DNA of 64,000 bases from the human T2T-CHM13v2.0 reference genome, Homo sapiens. Positions 1 through 14,760 of the stretch are shown piece by piece. The stretch lies in NCBI RefSeq assembly GCF_009914755.1, contig NC_060929.1; one strand, 5' to 3'. Under the pieces are notes generated by a model. That model was not told where the DNA came from and searched no databases. It was given only the letters and a program-made list of their open reading frames with translations. Within the stretch, counting starts at the first letter, position 1, and each line of letters opens with the position of its first letter. The position numbers and the translations under genes were made by a program.

Positions 1-106
1 GAGGCTGCGGTGAGCCGAGATGGAGCCGCTGCACTCCAGCCTGGGCGACAGCGTGAGACTCCGTCTTAAAAAAAAAATCCCCAAAACAAAAAACAAAACA
101 AAAAAA
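1..106 (+). mobile_element. Alu, 3' end of right arm plus A-rich tail (cut by window edge)
   Basis: gtgagccgagat...ctgcactccagcctgggcgacagcgtgagactccgtct followed by A-rich tail. Confidence 0.95.
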
Positions 107-690
107 GTATAAATAAATATCCATGATTGTATACTGACACAAATAAATAATTGAATAAGTAAAGAAATGTAGAATAGATAAATCTACTATACAGAGAATT
201 CCAAATAATCTACGTAGCTGCTCCCTCCTCAAGGTGATAGAGTATAACTGTACTCCTTATGTGTCTGTGGGGCTACATGTAGTAACCTGCTTCCAAAGAG
301 TACAGAATGGGAATGGGGGAGTAACAAAGTAACTTTACAGTGAAGAAACCTGTCAGTCTTGTCAGGTGATAAAGGTTTATGGCATCAGAGATAAGTTGTT
401 AGCATAAACTCTTGATGTGTTGTGTTGAGAATGGCACTTTCATAACCCTAGGTTAGCTATGAGAAAAACCTCAGCCAAATTCGAATTGAGGGACATTGTA
501 CAAAACACCCAACAGGTAAACCTCAAAACTCAAGGTCATATAAAACAAGAAAAATGTAAGAAACTGTCACAGCTAAGAGGAGCCGTAGGAGACATGATGA
601 CTCAATGTAGTGTGGGATCCTGGAATAGAAAAGTGACATTAGAGAAAAATTAGGAAATCTGATAATGCGTGTTCTTTAGTTAAGATATAT
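107..690 (+). mobile_element. Old L1 3' UTR fragment (L1MC/L1MD-type)
   Basis: gtaactttacagtgaagaaacctg...gagggacattgtacaaaa...gaaactgtcacagctaagaggagccgtaggagacatgatgact matches recalled L1MC/MD 3' end. Confidence 0.75.
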
Positions 691-1457
691 TACTATGTAG
701 AGAGTTACCCAGAAAGCAGGATTTGACTGGTTAACAGCCCCAAACTAAGAAGTACCTTTGGTGAGACAAAAGCCTCCTGTGGGCAGGGAGATGCGTGGTG
801 GAGTGGGGTGGTCTGGATACCTGGACTGGGAGAAGAAAGGATTGAGGAACTAAAGTAGAGCTCTATTATGGGATGTAGACTTTGCTCCAGCTGGGTGCTG
901 TAAAATCTTGAGAATGAATCAGCTGCAAGGATTCAAAGCCAGAGCGCAATGCAAAGGCTCTTCATTGATGAGTGACTAAGAGACAGCATATAGCTGTGTA
1001 GGATTTGTCAGAGTCTCGCTTTCTGTTACTTTGGAATCCTGGAAAAACTAGAATCTCTACAGCTCAAAGTTAGTCTGGAAAGTTTGGGCAATGGAAACAT
1101 GCTTTACATTGAGTTCTGAAGGTTAGAACATGTATGAATTGTTGAAGTTAAGCTATGGGGGGTCCTTGTAAATGAGAATTAGGCACAGATAAACAGGTGG
1201 CAATCATCTGGCTTGTTTGGCTAAAATAGAGCAGACCAGTCTGGCTGTGACACTAGGAGAAATCAATTTGATTTGAATGTTGGGGGAATCAATAGAAAGA
1301 AATCATAAAATGGCCAGTGGTGTATTTATATAAAGTTGATGAGTTTATATTCTATTATCAGAGAAATTGTAAACGGTTTTTCCCTGGAGAATACATGTTT
1401 CACTCTTTTTGAATATTTTTCTGTTATGTAAGGTACTTTAATTTGATACAAAGGGAT

Positions 1458-2347
1458 TGTGATATTGTGAAATATTGTACTTGGTTTTCATCACTGTTTC
1501 CTGACATGCAGTTCCTAAAACCCTTGCCATCTCCAGTGGTATGTGTCTTTTATATGCTAATGAGGTGGCTTGTGGCTAGGATGGGGGCTAGTCACCCAAG
1601 ACCAAGGCATGGTTAGAAGATTGGAACTTTCAACCCCATCGCCCAACTTCCTTTAACCTTTATGGAGGGGAGAGGGACTGAAAGTTGAGTTGATCACCAA
1701 TGGCCAATGATGCAATCAGTTATGCCTATGTAATGGAACCTCCATAAAAGCCCCATAGAGCAGGGTTTGGAGAGCTTTGGATTGCTGAACGCATGGAGCT
1801 TTCTAATGGATGGTGTGTCCAGAGAGGGCACAGAAGCTCCAAGCTCCTTCTCACATACCTTGCCCTTTGCATTTCTTTCCTCCGGTTGTTCATCAATATC
1901 TTTTGTAACATTCTTTATTAATAAACCAGTAAAATGTAAGTGTTTCCATGAATTCTGTGAGCCATCATGGGAAATTAATCAATTCAAGGAAAGGAGTTGT
2001 GGAAACCCTCAATTTATAGTCAGTCTTCAGGAGTTCCAGAGGCCCAAACTTACAACTGGTGTCCCCAGTGTGGGCAGTTTTATGGGCCTGAGCCCTTGAC
2101 TTGTGGGATCTGACACTATCTGCAGGTAGATAGTGTCAGAATTGAGTTGAATTAGGGGACACCCAGTTGAGGTCTGCTGAAAAATTGCTCATTAGGGAGC
2201 TGATGTTACCAGCCCACAGCCACAGCTTGCTGGGGCAGGCAATTTTTGCCTTCCACCTCCACATTTTGGTGACCAGAGATGAAGCATTCTGTATAAGACA
2301 GGAGGGTAAGAAAATCATTTTTTGTTTTTCCTATAACCTCACTCACA
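1458..2347 (+). mobile_element. MER21-family solo LTR
   Basis: Starts tgtgatattgtgaaat; internal ttgatcaccaatggccaatgat, ttgtgggatctgacactatct, gtcagaattgagttgaatt typical of MER21B/C. Confidence 0.85.
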
Positions 2348-2612
2348 GTGGTCATTTCGTAGTTGATGTGGGCCAATTCAATTGCGTTAGTCTATTAGCA
2401 GGTCATAGACACAATGCCACATTCAGCCAGATGGTTAGGTTATTAGTTGGCCAAGTAACCAATCAAATATGGTGAATGAATAACAGATCAAATTTTGGGG
2501 AGATAATAAACATATCTCTTTGTGATCTCCAAATTTAAATTGTTAAAAATATCACACTTTAAATGAAATATGCATAATTTTGAATTAGTTAAGGACTGTT
2601 TTAGTCATTTTG

Positions 2613-3153
2613 AATGGCAGGCTGATAAGTGGTCCCCAGTGATCCTGCGTCTTGGTATTCACACCTTTGCATAATTCTCTTCCCTTAAGTGTGTGTTGTA
2701 CATAGTGACTGACTCATTAATGAATAGAATATGGCAAAACTGATGCGATGTCACTTTCACGATTGGGTTACAGAATACCATGACTTTTGTTTCTGTCTCT
2801 GTCTCTGTTACTCACCTCTTGCTCTGGAAGAAGCTGGCTGCTGTATTGTGAATGGTTTGCAGAGAGGCTTATGTGACATGGAGCTGGTGTTACCAGCCCA
2901 CAGCCAGCCAGGACTGGAGGCCTACTGAGAGCTACGTGGATGAGCTTGGAATTAGGCCTTCTCCCTGTCATGTCTTGACATGATTGCAGCCATCATTGAC
3001 CCGTTGATGGCAGCCTCGTGAGAGATGCTGAGCCAGAGGTCACAGTGAAGCTATGCCAGGAAGCCTGACCTTCAGAAACTGTGAAATAAAAACCTTTGTT
3101 TTAAGGTGGTAAATGTTGGGGTAATTAGTTATCAGCATTACATGACTAATCCA
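2613..3153 (+). mobile_element. MLT1F/E-type MaLR LTR
   Basis: ggtattcacacctttgcataattctcttcccttaagtgtg...gaatagaatatggcaaaa...cagaaactgtga...gactaat. Confidence 0.8.
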
Positions 3154-3330
3154 GTCATATACATTTTATATTACATTAAAATCAAGTCAACAGATGAGCT
3201 TTTACCTTTAAATAAGGAGGGTAATATTAACATTCTGGGAAAATATCTTTCAGCTGTTTGAATACATGTTAACAGGGTTACTTCTGTATATAGGACAGCT
3301 ATGAAACTAGACAACAGGATTGCTATTTCT

Positions 3331-3692
<362 letters not shown>

Positions 3693-4989
3693 TCAAAGAC
3701 AATTCCTTAACAGTTCCTTAAACAAACATGCATGAGTCATTCTATTGTGTTTTCCTTATATTCTTCCCCCAGTTAGCGTGGACTCATCAATCATTAAGAG
3801 GAAAAGAAATAACTTGACTTTAGGCATGAAATGGAACAGAAAGGAATATTTGGTCTTGCTTTCTAACTCCTCCTAAACGTGTCTACATTTTAACTCTTCA
3901 AGGGGCATAGGCTTGTTTCACATGTTTTTGTTAATGAAATGGAAAGGAGGAAAGCGATGGTTCTAGATAAAGTAAAAGGCCTCTGTCAAGCCTCAGGTTA
4001 GAGGAGGGAAATACAAATCAAATGGAATCTAAGATAGTTTGTCCCACTTTAATTTCTCTCGTTCTTCATATCATGTTCAAAACTGCTCCCTATTCTTTTC
4101 TGTACAAATGGGGCCCATTTTCTGTACAGATATTTTTCTTTTTTATTATCTTTGCTAATGTTCCTTATATGCACAGATCAAGCTTCACACCTTCTTACAC
4201 TCACTTTGCTTCTTTTGGCATGTATTCTGTTTGCCTGCCATATGTAACTATACTTGCAACATTTCCAGACCCAGTTTAAAATTTGAAATATATTCTCTGC
4301 TACACTTTGTATTTTTTGCACCTTTGGAACTTGGCATAACTTTTCTCCGTCAGAATCTGATTGATCTTCTTCTTTTATTTTTTTTCTTTAGTTAGTTAAT
4401 GTCAAAGAAGCATTGCCTCTACTTTTATCATTTTTGTCCCAACTCTGAGTTCAGAGAACATAAAAATGTAGCAGTGTATCAGAAAAATATCTTTGTAGTG
4501 TTGTGGGGGCAATCCTAATAGACAGGTACTTGTGTTCATAAAACAACTGGATTAGATCAGAAAGTATTCGTTTAAGCTTTTTCAGCTGACTTTGTGTGGT
4601 GACCCTTCCTCTGCTAAGGAAGGATACTGTCTCAAGTGACCTTTTACTAATGTAAGAATGAAGGTTTGTCAAATGTGGGATCTGATTTATATTGCAATTC
4701 ACAGAAGTATTATGCTTGGAGATACTGAACTAAAATCATGCTTCCTAATTTATCTGATGACTCTTTACAGACACAGGAAGCTATTCTATAATAATTTATA
4801 TTGCCCACCAAGTCACAGATGGATGAGTGCTTATGCAAGTATTCCAGACTGAATCTTCTTTCTCCTGCTAGACACCTCCGTTTTCTAAGATCAAGGTCAA
4901 GTTTTACTCCCTTCACAAATCCCTCTCTGATCACACCCACATTGATCTTTAGGCATTAATTGTCTTTCTTACTTTAACTCTTAATTATA

Positions 4990-5390
4990 TATTCTTAAGT
5001 AGCTTGGAATACTCTCCCTTCTCTCCATTGCCTGACAAACACATACTTGTTATTCAGAACTCAGAGAGAACATCACCTTTGCCTTGAAGTCACCCCTGAC
5101 CACTCTCACCCAGGAGAGCAGGTGTTCCCTCAACACTGTTCCCATAGCGTCATCTGTGTGTGAGAGTACAGATGCATCCCTCCATTTGATAATGTACCTC
5201 TATCTACCTTCTCTCTCCCCATTGCAGAGTGAGCTCCTTTCCAGTAGGAGGTTCATCATTTTCAACTCTGTCTCACTATATTCCTGTCTGGAAAATTAAG
5301 GAAACTCAACATATATTTGAACTTTTTAAATTCAACATATATTTGAGCTTAATAAATAAATGAACACAAAAGAATAAATAAATGAACATG
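4990..5390 (+). mobile_element. L2 3' end fragment
   Basis: cagaactcag...catcacc...gagctcctt...aaactcaacatatatttg...aataaatgaa (degenerate L2 tail). Confidence 0.55.
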
Positions 5391-5899
5391 TAAAGGAATA
5401 GATTATTGCAATTTGTATGTATCAAATAATGACAGATGCATATAAATTAATTCATTGTATGTATCAATAAATCAACTATGTGCATGAATTAATCATTATG
5501 TATAATTAACTTAGAAGCATCAAATTAATTACCAATACATATTAATTAATAGTTACATACATATTTATTTCTTGCTGAATAAGTAGAAAAAAATGAGTAC
5601 ACAAGATACATGAACTCTCCTGTTTAACTGAGGGAAGAGATTTTGTTTCATTCACATATGACATATTTTAACAAAATGTTTTTATTAGAAATACAATTTA
5701 CTCAACTTTAAGAAAGTTAGAATTTAGGGAAGAAAATAAGGAAGATGTCACTTGGAGGACAAGCACCAATAAACCCAGTGTTTTAACCATAGCACTTGAT
5801 ATATTTTCTTTACATATTTTTCATGTAGATATTGTCATGTCTTATACTTTTGCATGCTATCGTTAGAATGATTGCATAATACTCAATATAATAGAGGGT

Positions 5900-6410
5900 C
5901 ATAGCTTGACCTATTGAAATCCACCAGCTGAAGATCATAAGAACACAAATGAATGAAACAAAATGAGGTTTATTTAGCTTGCTGTTGCAAAGGAGAACAC
6001 TCACAGGTGGAACTGTGGAGGTTCCAGTAGGAGGATTTGGGGAAAGGTTTATGAAAGGATTTAGCCTCAAGCAGGGTGATTCTAACAGGGCTTAAAGAGG
6101 AGAGGGCCATTTCTGACTTGGATGCTGTCAGAAAGCAGGGGCAATTTAGAGACTGGTTATATTGGCAATTACTCTCTAGGAGGTGGGAGGATCAAAACAG
6201 CACTGTGTTGTATTGGTAAATCAGCGGAAGCCACTAGGATTAGTACAAAGAGAGGGCTGTTTAGTTGTTTTGTGGTTGCAGAATGTCCTTGTTGCTATCT
6301 TGTTTCAGGCATGGTGACAAACACATCATGCTTAGGTCATCATTGATATTGAGTGTGTATTTATTACAGCCTTCTCTTACTTCCCATTGCCAGGGCAAGT
6401 TTTCACATTC
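5900..6410 (-). mobile_element. Old LTR remnant (LTR78/LTR79-like)
   Basis: ggatgctgtcagaaagcaggggcaattt...tgtattggtaaa...ttttgtggttgcagaatgtc resembles recalled old ERV1 LTR; family uncertain. Confidence 0.45.
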
Positions 6411-7598
6411 TGAAACTACCTCTTATTGGATATTTAGTTTTTTTCATATTTTCAATTTTATGATGTAATGTCTTATGCACCATTGTAAATACAGTTTCCT
6501 GCTAAAAAATAGAATCTCGGAGATGGCTATTAGTATCAAATATGTGGTCATTTTTCTTTGTTCTCTTTTATAACCATATTTTCCTGACAAATTGCCATAT
6601 GTCACTATTAACAGTAATATATGATACTGTACCTCCATCATTACTGTGAATTGTACATTTTAAAAATGGATTATTTTAATACGCAAAGATGGAATCTAAT
6701 TTTTAACTTGAGTTTCCATAATTATTTGTGAGGTTGATTTTTTTTTTAACCTCTGCATTTGCTCTTTTTGGAGTATCTCTTCATGTTGTTTGTCAGTTGG
6801 GGCCTTGTGTTTCTTATTCAATTCATGTTAGTTCTTCAAGGAATTGAAAATACTTTTACAGTTTAGTAAAAAAATTTTTTTGCATATTAAAATTTTATGT
6901 AGTTCCGTAGGCCCATTTTTTCCCTTTGTGCTTTCTACCATGCCCTTCTTATTTTCATACACCCTTCCAATGGCCCAAACTTGATTTTACTATTAAGTTT
7001 AACTCTTTAGTCCATCTGAAGTTATTTAGGGGTATGGTGAGAAATCCAACTTTAAAATATTACTTTGAAAGATATGATCATATTCAATTTCTTGATAACT
7101 ACCTTATTCATTTTCTTATACTGAGTAGCATCTTTGGACAGATGAATATATTTGTTGATGCTAAAAGTGAATATTGGCTATTTTTGAAAACGGTGTTTGA
7201 CTAGGCAAAATCTGAAGTATTTCTTCAGGGCAAAAATGTCAGCTATTGGCAGAAATCTCAGCAGATATTGTGAATAAATGGATGGATGAATAAGAAAGAA
7301 AGAAATGATTATGAGCATACAGCAAAATGTTATGGCAACATATTTGAGCTGCATGATTCTCTATAAATTAGTGGATTTAAAATTTCAAAATGAGGTAATT
7401 GTGTTTTGCTTTAAGCTATTAAATTTGGGATGTTACTCAAGAATACTCATCTATTAGTTTACTATTTTCCCAAGTAATTTTGGTTAAATGTTTATTTGAG
7501 AAACAAAGGCAACTTCCTGAAAGAAAATGTGTCAATAATGTTTGAATCTGAATTTTTATTGTATGTAATCTTGGTTTTAAGTCGGTGATAAAGTTCTA

Positions 7599-7945
<347 letters not shown>

Positions 7946-9771
7946 CACTCATAAAATAACAGAATATAATCCTTTTTCAGGTATCATGTACTAATTTTTA
8001 TATCTGATTACAGTTTTGAGGCAAAAAGGAAATGTACTCAATAATAAAATATATATTTAAAATGGTTGATATTTGAGTTTAAATATTTTAATAATTACTC
8101 TAAGTACTGAGACTAGTAAATATTGAAGCTGAATGCCTTTAAGTATCTATACCAACACACGTGTCTATTTTATAAGTATAAATATGATTTCATACATTAA
8201 GCATATATGTATTTAAAAGCTATGATACTTTCAGAAATGTAAACAATTGCTTTTCTGTGTGTGTTGAAGGCTCAATTCCACTAGGACTCTTGGCTCCGAA
8301 TACGACATGCTTTCTTCATTCATGACAATCTTACAGCATCAATCATGTCCTGCAGCCATTGTGTTGCTCAGTGCTCTCCCTGTAATTATTTTTCAGAGCA
8401 CTTTATAAAACAGTTTAATGCCACTATATAGAAACAGATATAAATTAATTCCATTTCCAAGGGATTTTAAGAAATGCAGCTTTATTTTAGGTTGCAGCTA
8501 ATTTTGAATTGTTACTTTTAGTAGAAGCTTAAAACAGTTTCTTTACAATTAAAGATCAGGGTTTCAATGTTGCAATCTGGGAAAAAAATTGCAGTGTAGT
8601 AGTGAAGCATTTTCCTTTTTTCTTTTTTTTTCTTTTTCTTTTTGGTCATGGGGAGTGGGGAAATGCAATCAACAGTCCCTCTGCCATATGCTTCAACTTT
8701 CATGTCTGTTTTGCCATCATCTATTCCATTAACATTATGATTAATGAAAGCTCACTACAATTTCAAATATTTTGAAAACTAGCCAATGCTGGCTCTTTGG
8801 AGGCTACATTGAAAATAAATAACAATAAAAACAGTGTGACTTAGGCTTTTGAAGTCTTTAAAGAAACCATCACTATGATCTTTACTACTGCTGCGGAAAA
8901 GAGGACAACACTCCACATTTCTGGCATTGTAAATGACAACACCGCAACTGAAAGAAAGCTTGAATTTCTGGGAGTAGCATTAGGATACAGGACCCCTGCT
9001 GAGCTCACCAGTTCCTTGCTCTACACAGCTGCTTTCTCAGCTGGGGTTTTGAAATAAGCACTGTGAGAAAAGACAGAAATGACCATGATGCATCTTTCTC
9101 ACTATGAGAAAAAGGTAATGTTTAATTAACGCTTCAGGCTTCTGGTTTCCAACTTATTCCTGTATTTGTTTGTGTGTTTTGCTTGGAAGCTTTTTTTTAT
9201 GCTCTTGTTCCTTTTCATTTCATGGAATACAATGCCTAACTCAAAATGTCTTTGTGCTTGTACTTATGTGAGAAGGATGCTGTACTTCTGGCTTTACTGA
9301 AATTAATAAGAGCAGTCTGTACATTTATACTCACAAGATATTAACATGGCTCATGCTCACTTAGCTGAGCTTGTGTGTAACGTAGTAAAAATGCCACAAG
9401 CGAAAGAGCTTGTTTTAAAAATATTTCAACAAATGCAGCATCTGACTTGTTGAAAACTCATGTATTTACTTTATCTATTGCTGTCCTATAAAATTGTGCC
9501 TTGAGGTTAACAATGAGCTCTACTTTAAGGCTGGATTAAGTAGTAAGCAAAAAATTAGTCAATTTCAATAAACAATGCTTTAAATCTTCCAGCCATGAAT
9601 AATCATATTAACTCCGTTTTAACTTGTTACAAATTGTACTTGGATTGCATAGATAAAAATTAATTAAAAACACATGAAGAATTCTATTCTTCATAGCTTT
9701 TTTTGGTTCTGCTTCTTAGAGAAAAACCCAACGGGGTTCTTAACAGTATCCTTTTCATCTCGTTGAGAATA

Positions 9772-10203
9772 CAATTGACTCTTGAACAACAAATGGGTTA
9801 GGGGCTCTGACCTCTATGTAGTTGAGAGTCTGCATATAACTTTTTACTCCCCCAGAACTTAACTACTGATTGCCTATTGTTGAGTGGAAGCCCTACCAAT
9901 AACATAAACAGTCAACACATATATTATATGCGTTATGTATATTATATACTATATTCTTACAATAAAGCAAGCTAGAGAAAAGAAAATGTTAAGAGAATCA
10001 GAAGGAAGAAAAATATATTTTTTATTAAGTGGAAATGGATCATCTTAAAGGTCTTCATCCTCATTGTCTTCATGCTGAGTAGGCTGAGAAGGAGGAGGAA
10101 GAGGAGGGGCTGGTCTTGCTGTCTCAAGGGTGCAGAGGTGGAAAAAAAATCCATGTATAAGTGGACATTCACAATTTGAATTTGTATTCTTTAAGGTCAA
10201 TGG
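9772..10203 (-). mobile_element. Tigger2a (MER28) DNA transposon
   Basis: Left TIR ta|caattgactcttgaacaac, degenerate right TIR ...ttaaggtcaatg; internal ggtcttcatcctcattgtcttcatgctgagtaggctgag. Confidence 0.9.
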
Positions 10204-10489
10204 TTATTTATTTTACTAACCCAGAATGATCTCCATAAGAAGTGCTCCGTAATGTATGCATGTATAAGTGTATACTTCACCCTGACTTGGGTATTATGAA
10301 TTACCTCTGTGATTTTCATTAGTTTTCTGGTTGGAAAGTTGAATACTTTTGAACTTGAATAATGTTCTTAGGAGTAAAGTTCAGAGGTTGGATATTTATT
10401 GGAAACATGTCAATTTAGTTTTATTTTAATGGTTTAGACTGAAATATTGATTGACAACACTTTAGTAATTGCTCAATATAAAAACTGGT

Positions 10490-10890
10490 CAGCAATTAAT
10501 TTTACAAACATTTATTATGTGTCAGGCTTTGGGTTTGGCAAGGAAGACAAAAGATAAGTATGTGGCTCTCACTCTCAAGATCCTTATAGTTTCATTCTTT
10601 GGCTCAATAAGCTGTTTTCTGAGGAAGGATCTGATGTTTAACTTTATTGCTGTACAACCTATGTTGCAGTAGGGTGTTGCAGAAAGTATTGAATTACACC
10701 TCCAAGTAAAATAATATTTGCCTAGTAGGCAATTGGTCTTAACTGGATGAAGTTTTGCCTACTCATGCTACAACTACTTATTGAATAACTATTTTGTATC
10801 AAGCACTGTTGTAAACACTACAGATATAGTAGAAATCAAGACAAACAGAATCTCTACCCTCATGGAGCTTACATCCTAGCAGGGACTGGG
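10490..10890 (-). mobile_element. Two L2 3' end fragments
   Basis: caaacatttattatgtgtcagg... and acttattgaataactattttgtatcaagcactgtt...ccctcatggagcttacatcctag. Confidence 0.65.
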
Positions 10891-11225
10891 GAGGAGGAGG
10901 TAGCATGCACTTTTGCACTTTTTTTTTTAGTAGGACAATGAGTCAAAGGTGCCCTAGAAATTGAAGCTTCTGACTTGATACTAAGCAATTAATATGGCCT
11001 ACTTGCTTTCTATACTGTATGGCACTGACCCAAAGGAAAAGAAAGAGCTTCTACAATACTTGTAAGTACTTTTCTAACACTTGCAAGTGATTTTAAAGTC
11101 AGACAACAAAAAACTTATAATAATATAACCCTTCCAAATTATGTGTTAAGAATAGTATACAAAAATTATTAACACTATTCATGTAGGGTAGTGATTTTAA
11201 GTTTTGGACATTCAGAAGTGGTTAA

Positions 11226-11584
<359 letters not shown>

Positions 11585-11879
11585 AACCCACAGGTTCTTA
11601 ATGCCTGCTGAAATTGCTACACACTCTCTGTGGGTCTGCTTTGGTTACTAGTGACAATGTCCACCACAAAAAGAACTTGAAAAACATTTATATGTGGCTT
11701 CATATCACCTCTCTTTTTCATTTTGAATAATTCATATTTCCTGTTTTAGGATTGCAGTGGAATACATGTTTTCTATTTTCTTTCTTTATCTTTTTTTTGG
11801 TTTCTTTCTTCATTTGTTTCTATTTTTTCTCTCTATTTTCACATAAGCATCTAATGTTTTTGGCTCACACTAAAGTATT

Positions 11880-12338
11880 TTAAATCCATTTCTCCATTAT
11901 CATTTCTGCCATAACAGTTGGAAGAAACCTAAGTTCTTATGTCCCCAGTCTCTTTTGCAGTGAGAGCAGCCATATGCTTTAGTTCTGGAAACTAAGACAT
12001 GGCCTGAACTTGCTAAGAGCTCTAGGAAGGATTTTGCTTTTCCTCATGTCAGGGCATGTTATAAGGTATTACCTGATATAATTCCTGGCATGGCTCCTTC
12101 TTCCTTCTTTCTTGAAGGCAGACTGCAATGCTGAAAGCTACTGCAGTCATCTTGCAACCAGGAAGTAAACATGAGAAATCCCAAGAGAATTTCAGAAATT
12201 GTCAAACCACTGAACCAATGCTAGCTGCTTCCCTCATGACTACTTGTTATGCCAGAAAAATTATCCAATATTTATTAAGCCACCCACTCTATATAGTGTT
12301 TCCTGTTATTTTCAGTTGGAAGCGTTCCTATCAGATGA
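11880..12338 (+). mobile_element. MLT1I/J-type LTR
   Basis: ttttgcagtgagagcagccatatg...ctactgcagtcatcttgcaacca...acttgttatg...ttaagccac...ttcctatcaga. Confidence 0.65.
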
Positions 12339-13497
12339 TGCCACACACATAACATGCATAAACCATTGTTAGTAATTATTGAAAGTTGAGCATTAAGCTA
12401 TAAATTAAAACACAACAATGAAGACAAAATGCAATTCTTATCTTGAAGAAGCTTATGGTGAACATTTTATAAGTTAAGCCAATAAGAATCAAAAACCCTT
12501 CTGATATTAGTTGAAGGTCTGCAACTAATCTGGACTGGTATGTTTCTTACTGATTCTTGGCGTTTGTTTTCTCATATATAAAACAAGGGATTGCATTATT
12601 TCCCGGGTCTATTGCAGGCATAAATTTCCAAGTTTATTAGAATAAAATGTATTTTAAATTCATGGATTTATAACACTTCTGTCGAACGGTATTTTAACAT
12701 TTGTATTCCATGGATACTTTGGATGCAAAAGAAGCCTTCGCACATTTCCTGTTCACGCTTAGGATTCTGTGCATACTACATTGAAAAAGCTGGGCTATGA
12801 GTTTGAGCATTTTGATATGGCATTCTAAAACTTCATTTACTTAGCATTCTAAAAGTCTAGTTTATTTGTTTACCTACTGAACAGCATAAATAGAATACCG
12901 GGAAATATCTTTTAGGAAGAATTTTTCCCAAGAAAATCCTATACAACTTCAGTAATTTTCTTCCCTTTTATGAGCACAAAATTCAGACAAAAATAATTCC
13001 ATTAATATGGAGGTATGGCTGATGCACTAGATTTGCCAGCCCTTTTGTGATATGACTGCACAATTGTATGAAATTGCCAGAAAGAATTTTCACTGATAGC
13101 AGGAAAAGTATTTTAAAATTGCTCTTAGGAGGCATAAAGGACAACAAAGTGTTGCTATACTGTTTAAAAGATTATGAACAAATGTGAATTAATGGAAGAA
13201 TTGATGATAAACAACATGAATTGCAGTCTACTATATGTTTCCATCTCATTTTGCAATAGCAAGGGGTTATGTGTGCTGACCAAGTGCCAGTTGCTCCAAC
13301 CAAGCCTTGTTTTTTTTTTTTTTGTCATGATATGTTGATGCTTAATTCTAAATTGTAATTTGGTTGGTGTTGGAAATTGAGATGTATGAAGAAGCCATCA
13401 CTGGAAATAGAAACGAGGCAAAATATAAAAGAAAGAATTGATAGCCAGTACAGAAATTTAACACAGAAAATGAAAAAAAAAGCAAAGAAGAAAGAAT

Positions 13498-13540
13498 GGT
13501 GTGTGTGTGTGCGCATATGTATGTGTATGTGCGTGTGCAT
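13498..13540 (+). repeat. Imperfect (TG)n microsatellite
   Basis: gtgtgtgtgtgtgcgcatatgtatgtgtatgtgcgtgtgc. Confidence 0.85.
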
Positions 13541-13810
13541 AGGCAGACATATGGAGTAATTAGGCAGGGAGAATAAAAGTGCATCAGTGTAGAGGTTGTG
13601 TCCTTTTTATGAGATGAGGAAATTATTTCTGGACAATTATCATTACTTCTAGTTTTCCAGAGTAATATGCAGTTCACAGGCTGGAGAGCCAATCTGGTAC
13701 TTAAAAAGGAGAGATTCTTGCTTTCTTTGAAGCAGCATAGCGTCTCAGGGTGTTGGTTGAGTACCACAGAAACAGAGATGCATGTTCTCTACATGCTGGA
13801 AGCAGTCATC

Positions 13811-13828
13811 CTGTTGCTAAGGAAACAG
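13811..13828. promoter_or_regulatory. RFX X-box-like motif
   Basis: ct-GTTGCTAAGGAAAC-ag, quasi-palindrome similar to GTTGCCATGGCAAC, in non-repeat DNA; motif only. Confidence 0.4.
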
Positions 13829-14312
13829 CCTCACTCAGCAAGGGTCACCTTTGGAAACAACGGCAAGACTTCAAAGCAGATCAATAGAGAAATACCAAGA
13901 CCTGAACTTCCTAGCAAATGCTCTCTTCTATTTTAAATATCCTTTTCAACAAATGTTTGCTTATGTGATTTCTGTTTAGTGGGCAGTAGCAAGGCAAAAT
14001 TGAATGTGTAATAAGTCGAGCCCAGTATTTTTCAAGCTCTGGCTCTTGGAGATCTGTGGTTTTTGGTAGATGCTTTGAGTGTGGGATTGTGCAGGAACAG
14101 CAGGATGGAGATGGATTGATATCAGGTTTAAAAAGAGATGCTGCATTTATGGCTTCATTCGAGGGAAAGGTTCCACTCACTAAAAAATGTAGATTCTTTC
14201 CTCATGCAACACACTTCATTACTCATGTGTCCACATTAGTGAGATTTTTTTAATTTCTGAAAATGTCTTGTCATATCTTAGGTTTATGCACATTTTTGTG
14301 TCACTAAAGAAT

Positions 14313-14760
14313 ATTTCATTCATGTATTCATTTGTTCATTCATTTGTCAAATATCTTTGATTTTCTACTGTTTCAGGTACTCTGGGGATAAGAAGTGAAT
14401 AGAACATATTTAAGTTCTGGGGGACTCAATCTGAAGAAGAAAGCAGATACGGAAATAAAACAGTGGAATCACTTGCAGAGGAAACACAAGGAAATGCTTA
14501 TAATTTTTTTCCTGGGGAGGTGAGGGAAGGCATTTGGGGAAAGAAAATGCCTGATATTATCCTTGAAACATGGATTAGAACTGAACAGGGAATCTAGTCC
14601 TAGAAGTCCCAAGACAGAGACAACAGCAAATACTAAGTGCAGAGAGGTGAGGAAGAGATTTCATTTGGCTTCTGTTGATGAAGTTTAGGATATATTATGA
14701 AATGTGTTTCGACAGGAGGCCAGAAAATGAAACTGGGCCTGGATCATAAAAGTTCTTACT
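14313..14760 (-). mobile_element. L2 fragment
   Basis: (TTCA)n-like L2 tail then tttctactgtttcaggtactctgggga...gggcctggatcataaa. Confidence 0.6.

Noticed and set aside
5305-5560. Short degenerate tandem duplications (tcaacatatatttga x2; tgtatgtatcaa x2)
   Set aside because: Ordinary slippage in an AT-rich L2 tail.
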